Virus record (IMG/VR): IMGVR_UViG_3300048998_000202 | Strand: one strand, 5' to 3' | DNA length: 64,000 nucleotides | DNA from: a virus | Lineage: Duplodnaviria > Caudoviricetes | In this document: piece after piece, positions 36,301 to 44,939 of the stretch | How positions within the stretch are numbered: the first letter of the stretch is position 1 | How the letters are laid out: each line of letters opens with the position of its first letter | The notes under the pieces: generated by a model | Seen by the model: only the letters and a program-made list of their open reading frames with translations | The model's database searches: none | Told to the model about the DNA's origin: nothing | Translations under genes and position numbers: made by a program

Positions 36301-37312
36301 CGAACTCCTTGCCCATGGTGACCAGGGCCCGGTTGACCTTTTCCTGCTCCGCCAGCGCGTTGGGCTGGATCTCCAGGTAGAACCGGTCGCCGAAGATGTC
36401 GAGCATCTTGCCGAGGTTGGCCCTGGCGCCCTCTTCGTCGTCCTTCAGGATCGGGACGCTCAGCGGGCCCCGCAGGCAGCCGGAGGCGGCCATGATGCCG
36501 TTGGAGTGCCGTCGCAGGGTGTCCCAGTCCATCCGGGGCTTGCCGTAGAAGCCGTCGCGAAAGGACTCCGTGGACATGGCCCAGAGGTTGTGCAGGCCCT
36601 CTTCATCCATGGCCCAGAGGATCAGGTGGTAGTAGTCGTTGAGGACCTTCTGGGCGGCCGTCAACGGCTTGCCCTTTTTGGTCGTCTCCCCCACCGGGGC
36701 TTCGATGTCGGACCCCCGCAGGCGCCGGTCGTTGACGAAGTACGCCTCGATACCGAAGACCGGCTTGATCCCGGCTTTGTCGCACTCGGTCTGGAGCTGG
36801 GGGTGCCCAGAGCAACGGCCGTGGTCGGTCAGGGCAAGTCCCTGCTGGCCGTCCTTGACGGCCTCGGCGACCAGTTCGGAGATCGTGGACAAGCCGTCCA
36901 GCGGGGAGTACTCGGCATGGGTGTGGCCGTGCACGAAGCCGGTCTGCACCGTGGTCTGCACCGTGATCAGCTTGCCAGGGGTGGCCTGATAGACCTCGGT
37001 GTAGGACGGGACGTGGTCGAAAAGCGCCCAAGTCCTTTCCGGCACCACGTAGTTGGGGCTTCGCTCCTCGCGCTGCTCAGCGAAGCGCTCGGAGGTGATG
37101 GCCCGGATTTTAAAATCTCCCGGGACGATGATGCCCGCTGCCCCGGCCGCCGTCGCGCGGGCCCACAGGGGCGCGTAGATCTCACGGTGGTGCTGTACCA
37201 GCAGCCAACGAATACCGTCTTCGTCGTCTTCGATCAAGCATGGAACAGGGTGTGTCCGCCCGTTCAACACGATCGTGACTCCGTCGCTGGCGTACGACTC
37301 GATAGTGCGCAT
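33344..37312 (-). CDS. dnaE: DNA polymerase III alpha subunit
   Basis: PHP HTHAEYSPLDG/TDHG, GPGRGSGAGSL, PDFDVDF, HAAGVVI, KFDIL, YGFNKAHA, OB fold. Confidence 0.95.
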   Translation of the reverse strand: MRTIESYASDGVTIVLNGRTHPVPCLIEDDEDGIRWLLVQHHREIYAPLWARATAAGAAGIIVPGDFKIRAITSERFAEQREERSPNYVVPERTWALFDHVPSYTEVYQATPGKLITVQTTVQTGFVHGHTHAEYSPLDGLSTISELVAEAVKDGQQGLALTDHGRCSGHPQLQTECDKAGIKPVFGIEAYFVNDRRLRGSDIEAPVGETTKKGKPLTAAQKVLNDYYHLILWAMDEEGLHNLWAMSTESFRDGFYGKPRMDWDTLRRHSNGIMAASGCLRGPLSVPILKDDEEGARANLGKMLDIFGDRFYLEIQPNALAEQEKVNRALVTMGKEFGVPLMATVDSHYPTKDDHAAHQAWIAVQINKDDDQEDEGDLFSVNLDLYMQSEADVRRGLAYLGADAADEAVKSTLDLISRTDARIGGKPTAPVYSKKGGADKDVERLLDLCIENWDKISSKPDQDSYMARFEREFALLKTKGFTGYFLMVADYCRFAKDGGILVGPGRGSGAGSLVAYLSDITEVDPIEARLPFERFMTEGRTSLPDFDVDFPASKKDVMIGYLVEKYGADYVIQIGTHLRLKSKGIVQNLGRAMMGELTKPEQDALQNGPAEGGFSFGTESWSHAAQERLTARKAEIHKDLAAVSKIIEGAEAGTAGLGMAWDDLWVQFGEDLNPYRQKYPELFAMADKLVGRLKSYGKHAAGVVISTDRPLTGWLPLMGGEGGQMVSQFDMVALEAMGLVKFDILTIRTLDTVQMAVDLIRDNRQVDIEIYRWDEEYTDPTVWEEISHGNTLGMFQIETKAGTRLALRMKPQSMSELADMNTIVRPGPMRSGLTETYLQRRAGLETVTYADPRMETILGDSQGAPIYQDHVLELLMQLAGYTSDEADEVRKILGKKKIEKIGPAGQEFVHRAREWGGMDREVAQHLWDQLAEFAKYGFNKAHAYSYSMISYWTAWLKIHYPIEFFVAALSTIDKDRIPEFIKEVRRSGYTILPPDINASGKGFKAEPLAVRYGLDAIKGIGETAVDYLIAGQMYADFRQFDEYVTQKGTKANSGVQMLLARIGALDSLEPRRAGLVALLEGRKSGEDTRCVFKDDSVTFTPKEIVFRPRTEGESEEQWKAYEESFDKQYAAERAKLPPDSCTFDWTTEQPPVNPRTGKLLPLKALPKKCTRACRQHTAPAPVDHLAASEPYADEDVRAIEHELLGVFLSSTPFDKIPAEDRKEYYADAERLVAGGPGFYTVAAILMGVRKTKTRASQEDMAFLSFDTEVSTVEAVAFPKTWTDIQTGLHAGQLCLAVLEKQDGDRGLVVREYLPVITRRIHG

Positions 37313-37333
37313 GGGTCCCCCCTAGCACGATCA

Positions 37334-37371
37334 GGACGGCCGTCCATCCCACGATCGGGTGGACGGCCGTC
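37334..37371. terminator. hairpin
   Basis: GACGGCCGTCCATCC...GGGTGGACGGCCGTC. Confidence 0.65.
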
Positions 37372-37386
37372 ACGGAGGTCGGGGGA

Positions 37387-38319
37387 TCAGTTCCCGGTGA
37401 TGCGGGCCTTCATGGCGGCCAGCCTCTCCGCGTCAGGCTTCTCGGCCTCCTGAGCAGCGCTGGAGGTGGCCGCCCGGTCCACCGGAGCGCCCCGCTTGAT
37501 CATGTGTTCGGCGTGGGTACGGCCGTCCTCCATCAGGAAGAAGCGATTCCAGTAGTCGTCGCTCGCGCGGTGGAGAATCTCCCGGTTGAGCACCAGACCG
37601 CCCGGCTTCCACGCCCGCATGGCCGTCAGGTACATCTCCCAGTGCTCGGATCCCGGCTGGATAGTCGGGTCCGGCTCCAGCGCGATCGGCTGGAAGATCA
37701 GGCCGTTCTTGCCGTTCGGGTTCTTGATCAGCTTCAGCCGGATGTCCCGGCCGCGCAGACTGCCGAGCGCCTCGCCGGTCGCCTTGACGGCGCTCATCAT
37801 CTTGAACATGGTCTCGCCGACCAGGACGATCGAGGGGAGCGTGACCGTCTCGCCCTCGATCACGTTGCCCTCGGCGTCGTAGAGGGGGGCCTGGATCTCC
37901 CGGTCGCGGTACCGCTTGCGACCGTTCTCGTTCAGGTACTCCTCACGCTCCACCGCGATGGTGTAGCGCACGTCCTCGGACTTGGAGCCCTTGCCGAACT
38001 TGCCCTCGAAGCCCGAGGTGTCGATGGCGCAGCCCTGCGGGAAGCGCTTGGCGAGTCCTCCGGCCCGGCAGGTAGCGGGCATCATGTCCGGCCACTTGCC
38101 CTCGTGGCCCTCCGGCTCCGGCTTCGTGGGGAAGAACCGGTGCGTGGGGACCTTGCGCCAGTCGGGAGACTCCTCCAGGAAACGGAGGAAAGAGACCGAG
38201 CCCTCGTCCTTCTGGTACCACCAGGGTTCCCGGCGGTACGCGGCGCCGCGCTCCTCTTCCTCATCACCACGCTCGATCAGGTCGTCGAGTTCGGCATCGT
38301 TGATCTGGTCTATCGTCAC
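37387..38319 (-). CDS. single-stranded DNA-binding protein (gp32-like), putative
   Basis: FLRFL motif; position next to dnaE; size. Confidence 0.6.
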   Translation of the reverse strand: MTIDQINDAELDDLIERGDEEEERGAAYRREPWWYQKDEGSVSFLRFLEESPDWRKVPTHRFFPTKPEPEGHEGKWPDMMPATCRAGGLAKRFPQGCAIDTSGFEGKFGKGSKSEDVRYTIAVEREEYLNENGRKRYRDREIQAPLYDAEGNVIEGETVTLPSIVLVGETMFKMMSAVKATGEALGSLRGRDIRLKLIKNPNGKNGLIFQPIALEPDPTIQPGSEHWEMYLTAMRAWKPGGLVLNREILHRASDDYWNRFFLMEDGRTHAEHMIKRGAPVDRAATSSAAQEAEKPDAERLAAMKARITGN

Positions 38320-39191
38320 TGGATTCTGCTCTCTTCGGGGGATTTCGGGTGATGTGGGGAGAATATGAGGGAATGCTCAATTGCTTTTTCGGCAATCGAG
38401 AGATCTGGAGCGGTCGTCTCGGAGAAGAAGACCACCGGTTTGCCGTTTACGTCTTCCAGCATGAAGGGCCGGTCTGACAATGCGGTCATACCAATGGAGA
38501 GCCGAGGGGTCACCCCGCGCAGGGACGCTGCCGTGGAGAGGAGCTCCTGCCACTGCCGAAGACGGTTCTCACTGGGCGAGTAGCCCGTGGTCTTCCAGGC
38601 GTAGTAGGAGTACTTCCACGGTTCGTTCCCGAACTGCTCCTGATCCTTCCGGATGGGGCTGACGCTGTCAACCTCGTCTTCGTCGAAGACGACGTATCCC
38701 CACTCGTCCATGACCTCTTCAGCCGTCGCCCGCAGGCCGGACACCGCCCGGCGGCCCACCTCCTGATGGGCTCGGCGCTTCAAGTCCGCCTGGGTGTAGT
38801 CGTCCAAGAAGATCTCTCCGGCGGCCGTCTTGTCGTACGCCTCACGGGTCAGAGGGTTCAGGAGCTGCTTGAAGATGTACGTCAACCGAGGTGAGGACTG
38901 GCCGTCCTTGGACGTGTACGCCTCGGCCAGTTCCTTGCGAGTGGCCCGCCAATGCGCCCCCAGCTCACGGTAGTAGCCGTTGACGTCATGGCAGGCCAGC
39001 AAGGCCACGACCAACGCGGTGGAGGTGGACCAGACATCGGGCCCGATCCCCAGCCGGACCGGCGCCTTGGAGAAGCAGTATCGGGTGTCCGCATCACCGG
39101 GCAGCACAGGCGCCTCCTCGTGGACCATCGGCCGGAAGAGGTCGTACTGCCGGGTGATGTCGGACAAGTCCAGCGGGGGACGGGCGGCCAC
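38316..39191 (-). CDS. DnaJ J-domain-like protein lacking HPD
   Basis: YYRELG..WRATRKEL..AY......LLNP..REAYD. Confidence 0.7.
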   Translation of the reverse strand: MAARPPLDLSDITRQYDLFRPMVHEEAPVLPGDADTRYCFSKAPVRLGIGPDVWSTSTALVVALLACHDVNGYYRELGAHWRATRKELAEAYTSKDGQSSPRLTYIFKQLLNPLTREAYDKTAAGEIFLDDYTQADLKRRAHQEVGRRAVSGLRATAEEVMDEWGYVVFDEDEVDSVSPIRKDQEQFGNEPWKYSYYAWKTTGYSPSENRLRQWQELLSTAASLRGVTPRLSIGMTALSDRPFMLEDVNGKPVVFFSETTAPDLSIAEKAIEHSLIFSPHHPKSPEESRIQ

Positions 39192-39346
39192 TACTCCTCC
39201 GGGTCCAGGACGGGCGGGCCGTCCTCGCGCTCGATCTCCAGGACGTCGTAGTCGTCCAGCGGGCGGGAGGCGATGGTCCGGATGGTCTCCGGGTCCCCCT
39301 CCGTGTCGACGACTATCCGGCCCTCGTTACTGCCGTACTTGCGCAT
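39191..39346 (-). CDS. small hypothetical protein
   Basis: AGGAGG RBS, ATG 39346. Confidence 0.55.
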   Translation of the reverse strand: MRKYGSNEGRIVVDTEGDPETIRTIASRPLDDYDVLEIEREDGPPVLDPEE

Positions 39347-39354
39347 GGGTCCTC

Positions 39355-40494
39355 CTAGAGGTTGCACGGGCCGCTGTGAGCCGTCTTCTCGCATTTGAAG
39401 CAGTAGAGCACCTTCGGGGGGTGCCAGGTGCTCCAGGGGACTGCTGCGGCCACCAACTCCGTTGCCACGTCAGTCGGAAGATCCCCGGCGTCCTGCTGCC
39501 ACGAGGAATCCACGATCTTCACCGGGACGTACTGGGCGATGACCTCGGCCATACCAAGTACTGCCTCTTCCCCCTGCGGTTTCTCCTTGGTCGGCTTCCT
39601 CTCCGGACGTCCCAGGACAGCGGTCCAACCGGCCCGATCGTTGTCCATCCAAAGAGTGACCTGCCCGTGTTTGACCAGACGTCGGAGCTGGAGGTCGGTG
39701 ACCTGCGCTCCGAAGGTGGCCTCCCAGTGCAACGGCGTCTGCTCGTGCCGCAGCACGGACATCATCGACTCGACCACGACCACATGCTCCTGCGGTGCGT
39801 AGTTGAAGATCGTGGAGTCCTTGGGGAAGTCCGGACTGGAGTGGTACTTCGGGGAGTTGGCGATCCCCGAGTGGATCAGCGGAGAGTCGTCCTGCACCTC
39901 CATCGAGCGCCACTCGAAGGGGAGTTTCCTCGTCTGCCAGCCGACCAACTTGCCCTGCCAGAAGTGCGGGAGGACCACCCGGTCGGTCTTGGGATCCCAA
40001 CCAAGCCTGAACTGCTGGTAGGTGTCCTCGCTGATGTGCCGATCTTCCAGCAGATACGGGTGGTTGAACCCCCACCCCTTCAGCATCTTCTCGGAGTACG
40101 TGGGGATGGGAGTGACCGTCGGCCGGGCGTAGATGGCGTCCAGGAACTTCAGCATCTCGGCGAGTTCCAGGACCTGACCGCCGAGCCCGGCGATCTGCTC
40201 CAGCCAGCGCCGGGCCTCCAGAGAGGTCTCTCCCCGGCAGGTGGCGATGAACCACAGGAGCCCACCGCTAGACCCACAACCCAGACAGTTGTAGGTGAGC
40301 TTGTTGTAGTTCAGTGATGCGGTGGGGTTCTGCTTCTGGTCGGTGTGCAGGTCAGGGGATACGAGACAGCCGTGCGTCATCTCGCCGGTCTTGTCGTTGA
40401 TCCTGTGGATCTGGGCCCCGAACTCCGCCAGCAGCTCCTGGCACATGGCCCGCTTACTGGCCCCGGGCAGGAGGGACGCCTCGAAGTAGCTCAC
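39355..40494 (-). CDS. dnaG: DNA primase (Zn finger + TOPRIM)
   Basis: C...H....PTAS...YNCLGC, PKY, VVVES, WMDND. Confidence 0.85.
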   Translation of the reverse strand: MSYFEASLLPGASKRAMCQELLAEFGAQIHRINDKTGEMTHGCLVSPDLHTDQKQNPTASLNYNKLTYNCLGCGSSGGLLWFIATCRGETSLEARRWLEQIAGLGGQVLELAEMLKFLDAIYARPTVTPIPTYSEKMLKGWGFNHPYLLEDRHISEDTYQQFRLGWDPKTDRVVLPHFWQGKLVGWQTRKLPFEWRSMEVQDDSPLIHSGIANSPKYHSSPDFPKDSTIFNYAPQEHVVVVESMMSVLRHEQTPLHWEATFGAQVTDLQLRRLVKHGQVTLWMDNDRAGWTAVLGRPERKPTKEKPQGEEAVLGMAEVIAQYVPVKIVDSSWQQDAGDLPTDVATELVAAAVPWSTWHPPKVLYCFKCEKTAHSGPCNL

Positions 40495-40889
40495 TCCAGT
40501 CCCTCCACCGGAGGAGTGTCGGCGGTCTCGGTCGGCCAGCCGTAGCCGCACCGCAGGCACCGCAGGCACAGGTGCGCCGTGACGTCGTCGGTAAGGGTCC
40601 CTGCGAGCAACCACTCTCCGCAGGGGTACTGCCCCGCGCCGACGGTCACCAGGATGACGGGGTGGTAGACGGCGCGAATCCCGGTGGAGGAGCACTTCGG
40701 GCACAGGGTCTCGTGCTGGAAGGGCCGCAGGCCGAGTTCGACGCTGAGCAGGCTGTCCGGGGACTCCGGCTCGGAGGTCTCCTCGGTGACTCCTTCTCCG
40801 ACGAGGTGACACAGGCATCCGCAAGGGACGCAACCGCTGCACCTCTCGCAACGCTCGTGGTCGGGGTCCTCGCAATTCGTGGCGCTCAT
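40491..40889 (-). CDS. Cys-rich zinc-binding protein
   Basis: CPKC...HL...CLRCGYGW. Confidence 0.7.
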   Translation of the reverse strand: MSATNCEDPDHERCERCSGCVPCGCLCHLVGEGVTEETSEPESPDSLLSVELGLRPFQHETLCPKCSSTGIRAVYHPVILVTVGAGQYPCGEWLLAGTLTDDVTAHLCLRCLRCGYGWPTETADTPPVEGLE

Positions 40890-42193
40890 ACTGCCGCTCC
40901 GATCTCGTCCAGGACGGCCACCTGGTTGATCCAGGGGCGCCACGCCACACGGTAGGAGCGGTTGCTCGATCCCCGACGGGTGGCCAGGGTCTGCCACTTG
41001 ATCATCTGAGCCCGGCGCTCGTCCTCGGAGGCGTAGAGGCTGAAGACCCAGTCTGCGGTGCGCTCAACCTCGGACCCTTCCGCGAGCATCCACATCTCCA
41101 GCAGGCCGTTCTTCTTGGCCTCCCGCATGCCCTCACGGTTGATCTGGTGGGCCAGCAGGCAGGACATCGGAGACCGGCCGCCGACGGCGTCCTTCAGGTC
41201 GTGCATGACGTCGGTGATCTTGTCAGGACCCCGCAGGGACCGGTGCGACGCCTCCATGAAGGTGAGCTGGTCGATCAGCAGGCTCTGCGTACCAACGCTG
41301 CGGGCATGCCGGGAGATCCACTGCACCGTACGGTTGCCGCGCTGGGGCTGCACGATCCGGATGAAGTTCTTCAGCTCCTCCCCTCGTTCGGCGATGAACG
41401 TCTGGACGCGGTCCACCTCCTCCAGGGTGCATTCACCGCGCCGGTAGAGGTCGTGGTCAACGGCCAGGTGAATGCACACCAACCGGTCGTAGGACATCCG
41501 GACGGAGTTCTCCAGCGTGTAGTAGGTCGCGACGCGCTCCCTTTTCCACTCCTGGAGCAGCACGTACGCCAGGGCTACCGACTTGCCGGTCTTGGGTCCG
41601 GCGGCCAATACGGCGAGCTCGGCTTCGTGGATGCCGTAGGTGTACTCGTCCACCTCGTCGATCCCGAAGGCCATTCCCCGGTGGGTCTGGGAGGTCTCGG
41701 CCCGGCGGTGGTACTCCGCCAGCGAACGCTGGAATCCGTCAACGCCCTCCACCTCCTGGGTCTTGTCCCGCAGGGAGAGCACCAGCTCATTGAGCTCGTG
41801 GACCTGCGCCTCCAGGATGTTGAGCCGGTTGGTGGTGGACGACTCATGCATGGCCGCAGCGGCGTCCTTCTCCCACTTCTGGAACTCGTACAGGGCGAAG
41901 TGGGCATGCAGGGCATCCACGGCCCACTCGACTTCGTCCAACTCGATGTCCGTCTCGGCGATCTCCACCTCGGAGTCCTCGATCACCTGACCCCAGGTCT
42001 CCAGGAGCGCTTCCCGGGAGGGAGCCTTGGACTGACCGGATTTGTCGAAGTAGTCGAGCGACCACTGGACCACGTCACGCATCAGGGGCGTGGGAATCGC
42101 CTTGAGGTTCAGGCCGATCTGGAAGACGCGCTCAAGGGCGTCCACGTCGGTCAGGGAGCTGTACAGGGTGTCTTCGGACCGGGAAGTGGTCAC
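40886..42193 (-). CDS. dnaB: DnaB-like replicative helicase
   Basis: AAGPKTGKS, YTLE, LIDQL, HQINR. Confidence 0.9.
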   Translation of the reverse strand: MTTSRSEDTLYSSLTDVDALERVFQIGLNLKAIPTPLMRDVVQWSLDYFDKSGQSKAPSREALLETWGQVIEDSEVEIAETDIELDEVEWAVDALHAHFALYEFQKWEKDAAAAMHESSTTNRLNILEAQVHELNELVLSLRDKTQEVEGVDGFQRSLAEYHRRAETSQTHRGMAFGIDEVDEYTYGIHEAELAVLAAGPKTGKSVALAYVLLQEWKRERVATYYTLENSVRMSYDRLVCIHLAVDHDLYRRGECTLEEVDRVQTFIAERGEELKNFIRIVQPQRGNRTVQWISRHARSVGTQSLLIDQLTFMEASHRSLRGPDKITDVMHDLKDAVGGRSPMSCLLAHQINREGMREAKKNGLLEMWMLAEGSEVERTADWVFSLYASEDERRAQMIKWQTLATRRGSSNRSYRVAWRPWINQVAVLDEIGAAV

Positions 42194-43038
42194 TTCATCA
42201 CCAACGGCCGGACCAAGCCCCGCAGGAGCTCGTCCTGGGTGCGTTCACGGGCCTTGGGACGCCAGTCCAGGCCAGAGGTCTCCACGAAGACACACGTCTC
42301 CGTCAGGAGGCTGGCCACGTACTGGTTGTAACCCGTGTCGAGCTGCTCGGGAGTGAGGTTGGTGGTCACGAGAGTGGGGGTGCTGGCGGCCGTACGGTGA
42401 CGGATGACGCGGTCCAGCAACCGGTCGATGAAGTCCACTCCCTTCTCGCCGGTCTCCTTGCCGAGGTCGTCGATGCACAGCACGCCGCAGTTCATGATCC
42501 GGCGTTCGAAGTGGTCCTTGTCGGCCTTGTCGCGCCAGCCGGAGGTGTACATCTCCACGATCGAATTCATCTGGGCGACGAAGACATCGTGGTGACGCTG
42601 CATCAGGCCCTTGGCGATCAGCATGAGCATCATGGTCTTGCCGGTGCCGGGATCGGGCGAGTGGAGGATCAGGTTCATGCCGCGCTCGGCGTAGGCGCCG
42701 GAGTGGTCCAGGTAGGTCATCGCCTCAAGCTGGGTCGCGTCCGGGACGTCCGTGGCGTCGATCCAGCCCAGGCGCTGGTAGCTCTTGCCGATGCCGTTGT
42801 TCAGCAGATAGCGGTGAATGATCCACTGGGCGGTGCAGTTGCACTCCCACTGCACGATGTCCGAACGCGAACTGTTCCACCACGGGAACATTCGGGCCCG
42901 GTCGGCCTTCGCCTCGAAGTGGCAGGTAATGCAGGACTGCTGAGGATCCGCCCACAGATCGGGGTGCTGCGCTTTCAGTCGCGCGGAATCGGGATCCTCC
43001 AGCAGCCATCGGGAGCTGGCGTCGGGCAGGCGATACAT
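42190..43038 (-). CDS. dnaC: DnaC/IstB-like helicase loader ATPase
   Basis: PGTGKT, LCIDDLGKE, PTLVTTN. Confidence 0.85.
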   Translation of the reverse strand: MYRLPDASSRWLLEDPDSARLKAQHPDLWADPQQSCITCHFEAKADRARMFPWWNSSRSDIVQWECNCTAQWIIHRYLLNNGIGKSYQRLGWIDATDVPDATQLEAMTYLDHSGAYAERGMNLILHSPDPGTGKTMMLMLIAKGLMQRHHDVFVAQMNSIVEMYTSGWRDKADKDHFERRIMNCGVLCIDDLGKETGEKGVDFIDRLLDRVIRHRTAASTPTLVTTNLTPEQLDTGYNQYVASLLTETCVFVETSGLDWRPKARERTQDELLRGLVRPLVMK

Positions 43039-43084
43039 GGGACTCCTAGATCTCTTTAGGTCCGTGGCGGGTCGGACCGTAGAA

Positions 43085-43483
43085 CTACAGGCGGTTGGCG
43101 ATGACGTCCCCGAAGTACGGGTCACTCCCCTTGGCGAACCGAGACACCGAGATCGGGGTACGGCGCCACATGCCGCGCTGGTTCTCGAAGGCGAAGCGGG
43201 CGATGCCGACGGCCTTGTCTCCGTAGCGGGTCATGAAGCTCTTGAAGGTCGCTGACTCCTTGACCGCGTTGCGTACCTGGGGGCCGTGGTACATCACGAT
43301 CTGGCCCATCGCGTAGTCGCGCAGGTCCTCCCACGTCCAGTCCACGTCGGCCTTCATCAGATACGCGGCCCCGGCCACGGGGGTGATCCGGACGCTCTCC
43401 TGCACGACAGGGGTAGCCGGGGCCGTCTTGGCCACCGGCTTTTCTCCAGCAGCGGCCCTGCGGATGGCGTCGAAATCAATCAC
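43085..43483 (-). CDS. conserved hypothetical protein
   Basis: GTG 43483 with AGGAG RBS. Confidence 0.7.
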   Translation of the reverse strand: MIDFDAIRRAAAGEKPVAKTAPATPVVQESVRITPVAGAAYLMKADVDWTWEDLRDYAMGQIVMYHGPQVRNAVKESATFKSFMTRYGDKAVGIARFAFENQRGMWRRTPISVSRFAKGSDPYFGDVIANRL

Positions 43484-43896
43484 TGTTTCTGCTCCTGATC
43501 TGTCGGAACGGAACGGGCCAGACCGCACGTGACGCACCAGTTCCAGAACGCGCTGCCGATCTTCTGGATCTTCGCCCGGTCCACCTCATCTTCGTCCACC
43601 AGATAGTGGTCGGTGAAGGTGATCAGGGGACAGGTCTTGTGCACCAAGGTCATCTGGACGGGCTCATGGCCGTCGCTGGGTGTGGCTATCAGCCAGTGGA
43701 AGTCGTCCATGCCGACGACGTAGCCGTCCATGGGCACGAGAACCCCGGTACGGAACAGCAGCATTCGGCCGTCTACGGCCGCGCGGGCCATCTGTTTGTC
43801 CGACATCGCCGAACCGGACTTGCGACGCGCTCCCGGAAGATCGCGGAAGGTCGCGGGGTCATCGTTCAGGATGTGGCCTGTCGAGCTGACTTTCAC
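43480..43896 (-). CDS. hypothetical protein (3' part of track ORF 43480-44778)
   Basis: protein-like only from ~43896; the upstream part overlaps the exonuclease gene. Confidence 0.65.
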   Translation of the reverse strand: MKVSSTGHILNDDPATFRDLPGARRKSGSAMSDKQMARAAVDGRMLLFRTGVLVPMDGYVVGMDDFHWLIATPSDGHEPVQMTLVHKTCPLITFTDHYLVDEDEVDRAKIQKIGSAFWNWCVTCGLARSVPTDQEQKQ

Positions 43897-44060
43897 TGAA
43901 ACCCCCTCAGATTTTAAAATCCCGCCCCATCCTGATGTCGGCTCAGGAGGGGCGGGCAGCGCATCGTCTGCCTCTCCGTCTGGCGGACCGGGAGGGGGTC
44001 GAGACTCGTGGATCGTATCAAGCGACCGGCTTCGGCAACATGCCCTGACCACCTGAAACG

Positions 44061-44939
44061 CTATCCATCGACACTGCGTGAGTCGTCGTCCCAGAGCGTG
44101 GCCGTCCTGAGCCGCGCAGTCAATCCTTTCAACCGGTATCGGTCCAGAAAAGCAGACAACTCCGGGTAGAGGGCGGAGTTCAGGCGAGTTGGTGCGAAGT
44201 ACGGCGGAGCGGACAACTCCAGCCCCGGCAGTGGCAGTCGGAGGTTGACCAGGACCCGGTTGGTGAGGACCTGGGGGAGCATCTCCCGGACCCTGGGGTC
44301 CTCGATGGCCCGCAGGTCCCCATCGGCCTCCACGACGAGCTGTGCGGCCCGCACAGGCCCTATGCCAGGTACTCCGATGACGTTGTCCGAGACGTCTCCG
44401 GTAAGCGCCATGACAGACGGGAGGTCCCGAGGCCACACCCCAGTCTTGGCGTGGACCTTGGCCTTGTTCCACCGCTCCCCCGTGCTTCGCACGATCTCGC
44501 AGCGGTGTCCCTTGGCGGTGAACCCCGCGAGCTGGAGGAAGTCCTTGTCCTCGCTGACGATCACGGTGTCCTCGTCGGTGTCCTGCCAGTACTTGGCGAT
44601 CAGGTCGTCCGCCTCCACACCGGGCCGCTCGATGTGGAAGATGTTGGACACGGAGAGGAACTCCTTGACCAACCGGCGCTCCTGGGAGGCGCGGGAGTCC
44701 TCGACCTTCTCCCGGCGGTTGGCCTTGTACGACGGCGAGAACCGCAGCCGGTAGTCCGATCCCCCGCCGTCCCAGCACACCACCACCCGTTCCGGCCGCT
44801 CTTCCCGCAGATGCCGGGTCAGGGTGTTGGTAAAGACCACCAGGGCCGCTGTCGACTCTCCGTCAACCGTCATGGCCTCGTGCTGGGTGGCGAACCAACT
44901 GCGCATGAACAGGTTGTTGGCGTCGATCAGGAGGAGCAT
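44061..44939 (-). CDS. 5'-3' exonuclease / flap endonuclease (PolA N-terminal-like)
   Basis: LLIDANN, YKANR, EADD, SEDKDF, GDVSDNVIGVPGIG. Confidence 0.9.
   Translation of the reverse strand: MLLLIDANNLFMRSWFATQHEAMTVDGESTAALVVFTNTLTRHLREERPERVVVCWDGGGSDYRLRFSPSYKANRREKVEDSRASQERRLVKEFLSVSNIFHIERPGVEADDLIAKYWQDTDEDTVIVSEDKDFLQLAGFTAKGHRCEIVRSTGERWNKAKVHAKTGVWPRDLPSVMALTGDVSDNVIGVPGIGPVRAAQLVVEADGDLRAIEDPRVREMLPQVLTNRVLVNLRLPLPGLELSAPPYFAPTRLNSALYPELSAFLDRYRLKGLTARLRTATLWDDDSRSVDG

Noticed and set aside
33344-37312. Intein in DnaE
   Set aside because: No C...HN-[CST] junctions; extra length comes from the N-terminal extension and short insertions
9224-37453. Long plus-strand ORFs (e.g. 9224-10810, 19309-21672, 25467-27305, 31378-33366, 35216-37453)
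   Set aside because: Antisense shadows of high-GC minus-strand genes; no RBS or recognisable motifs
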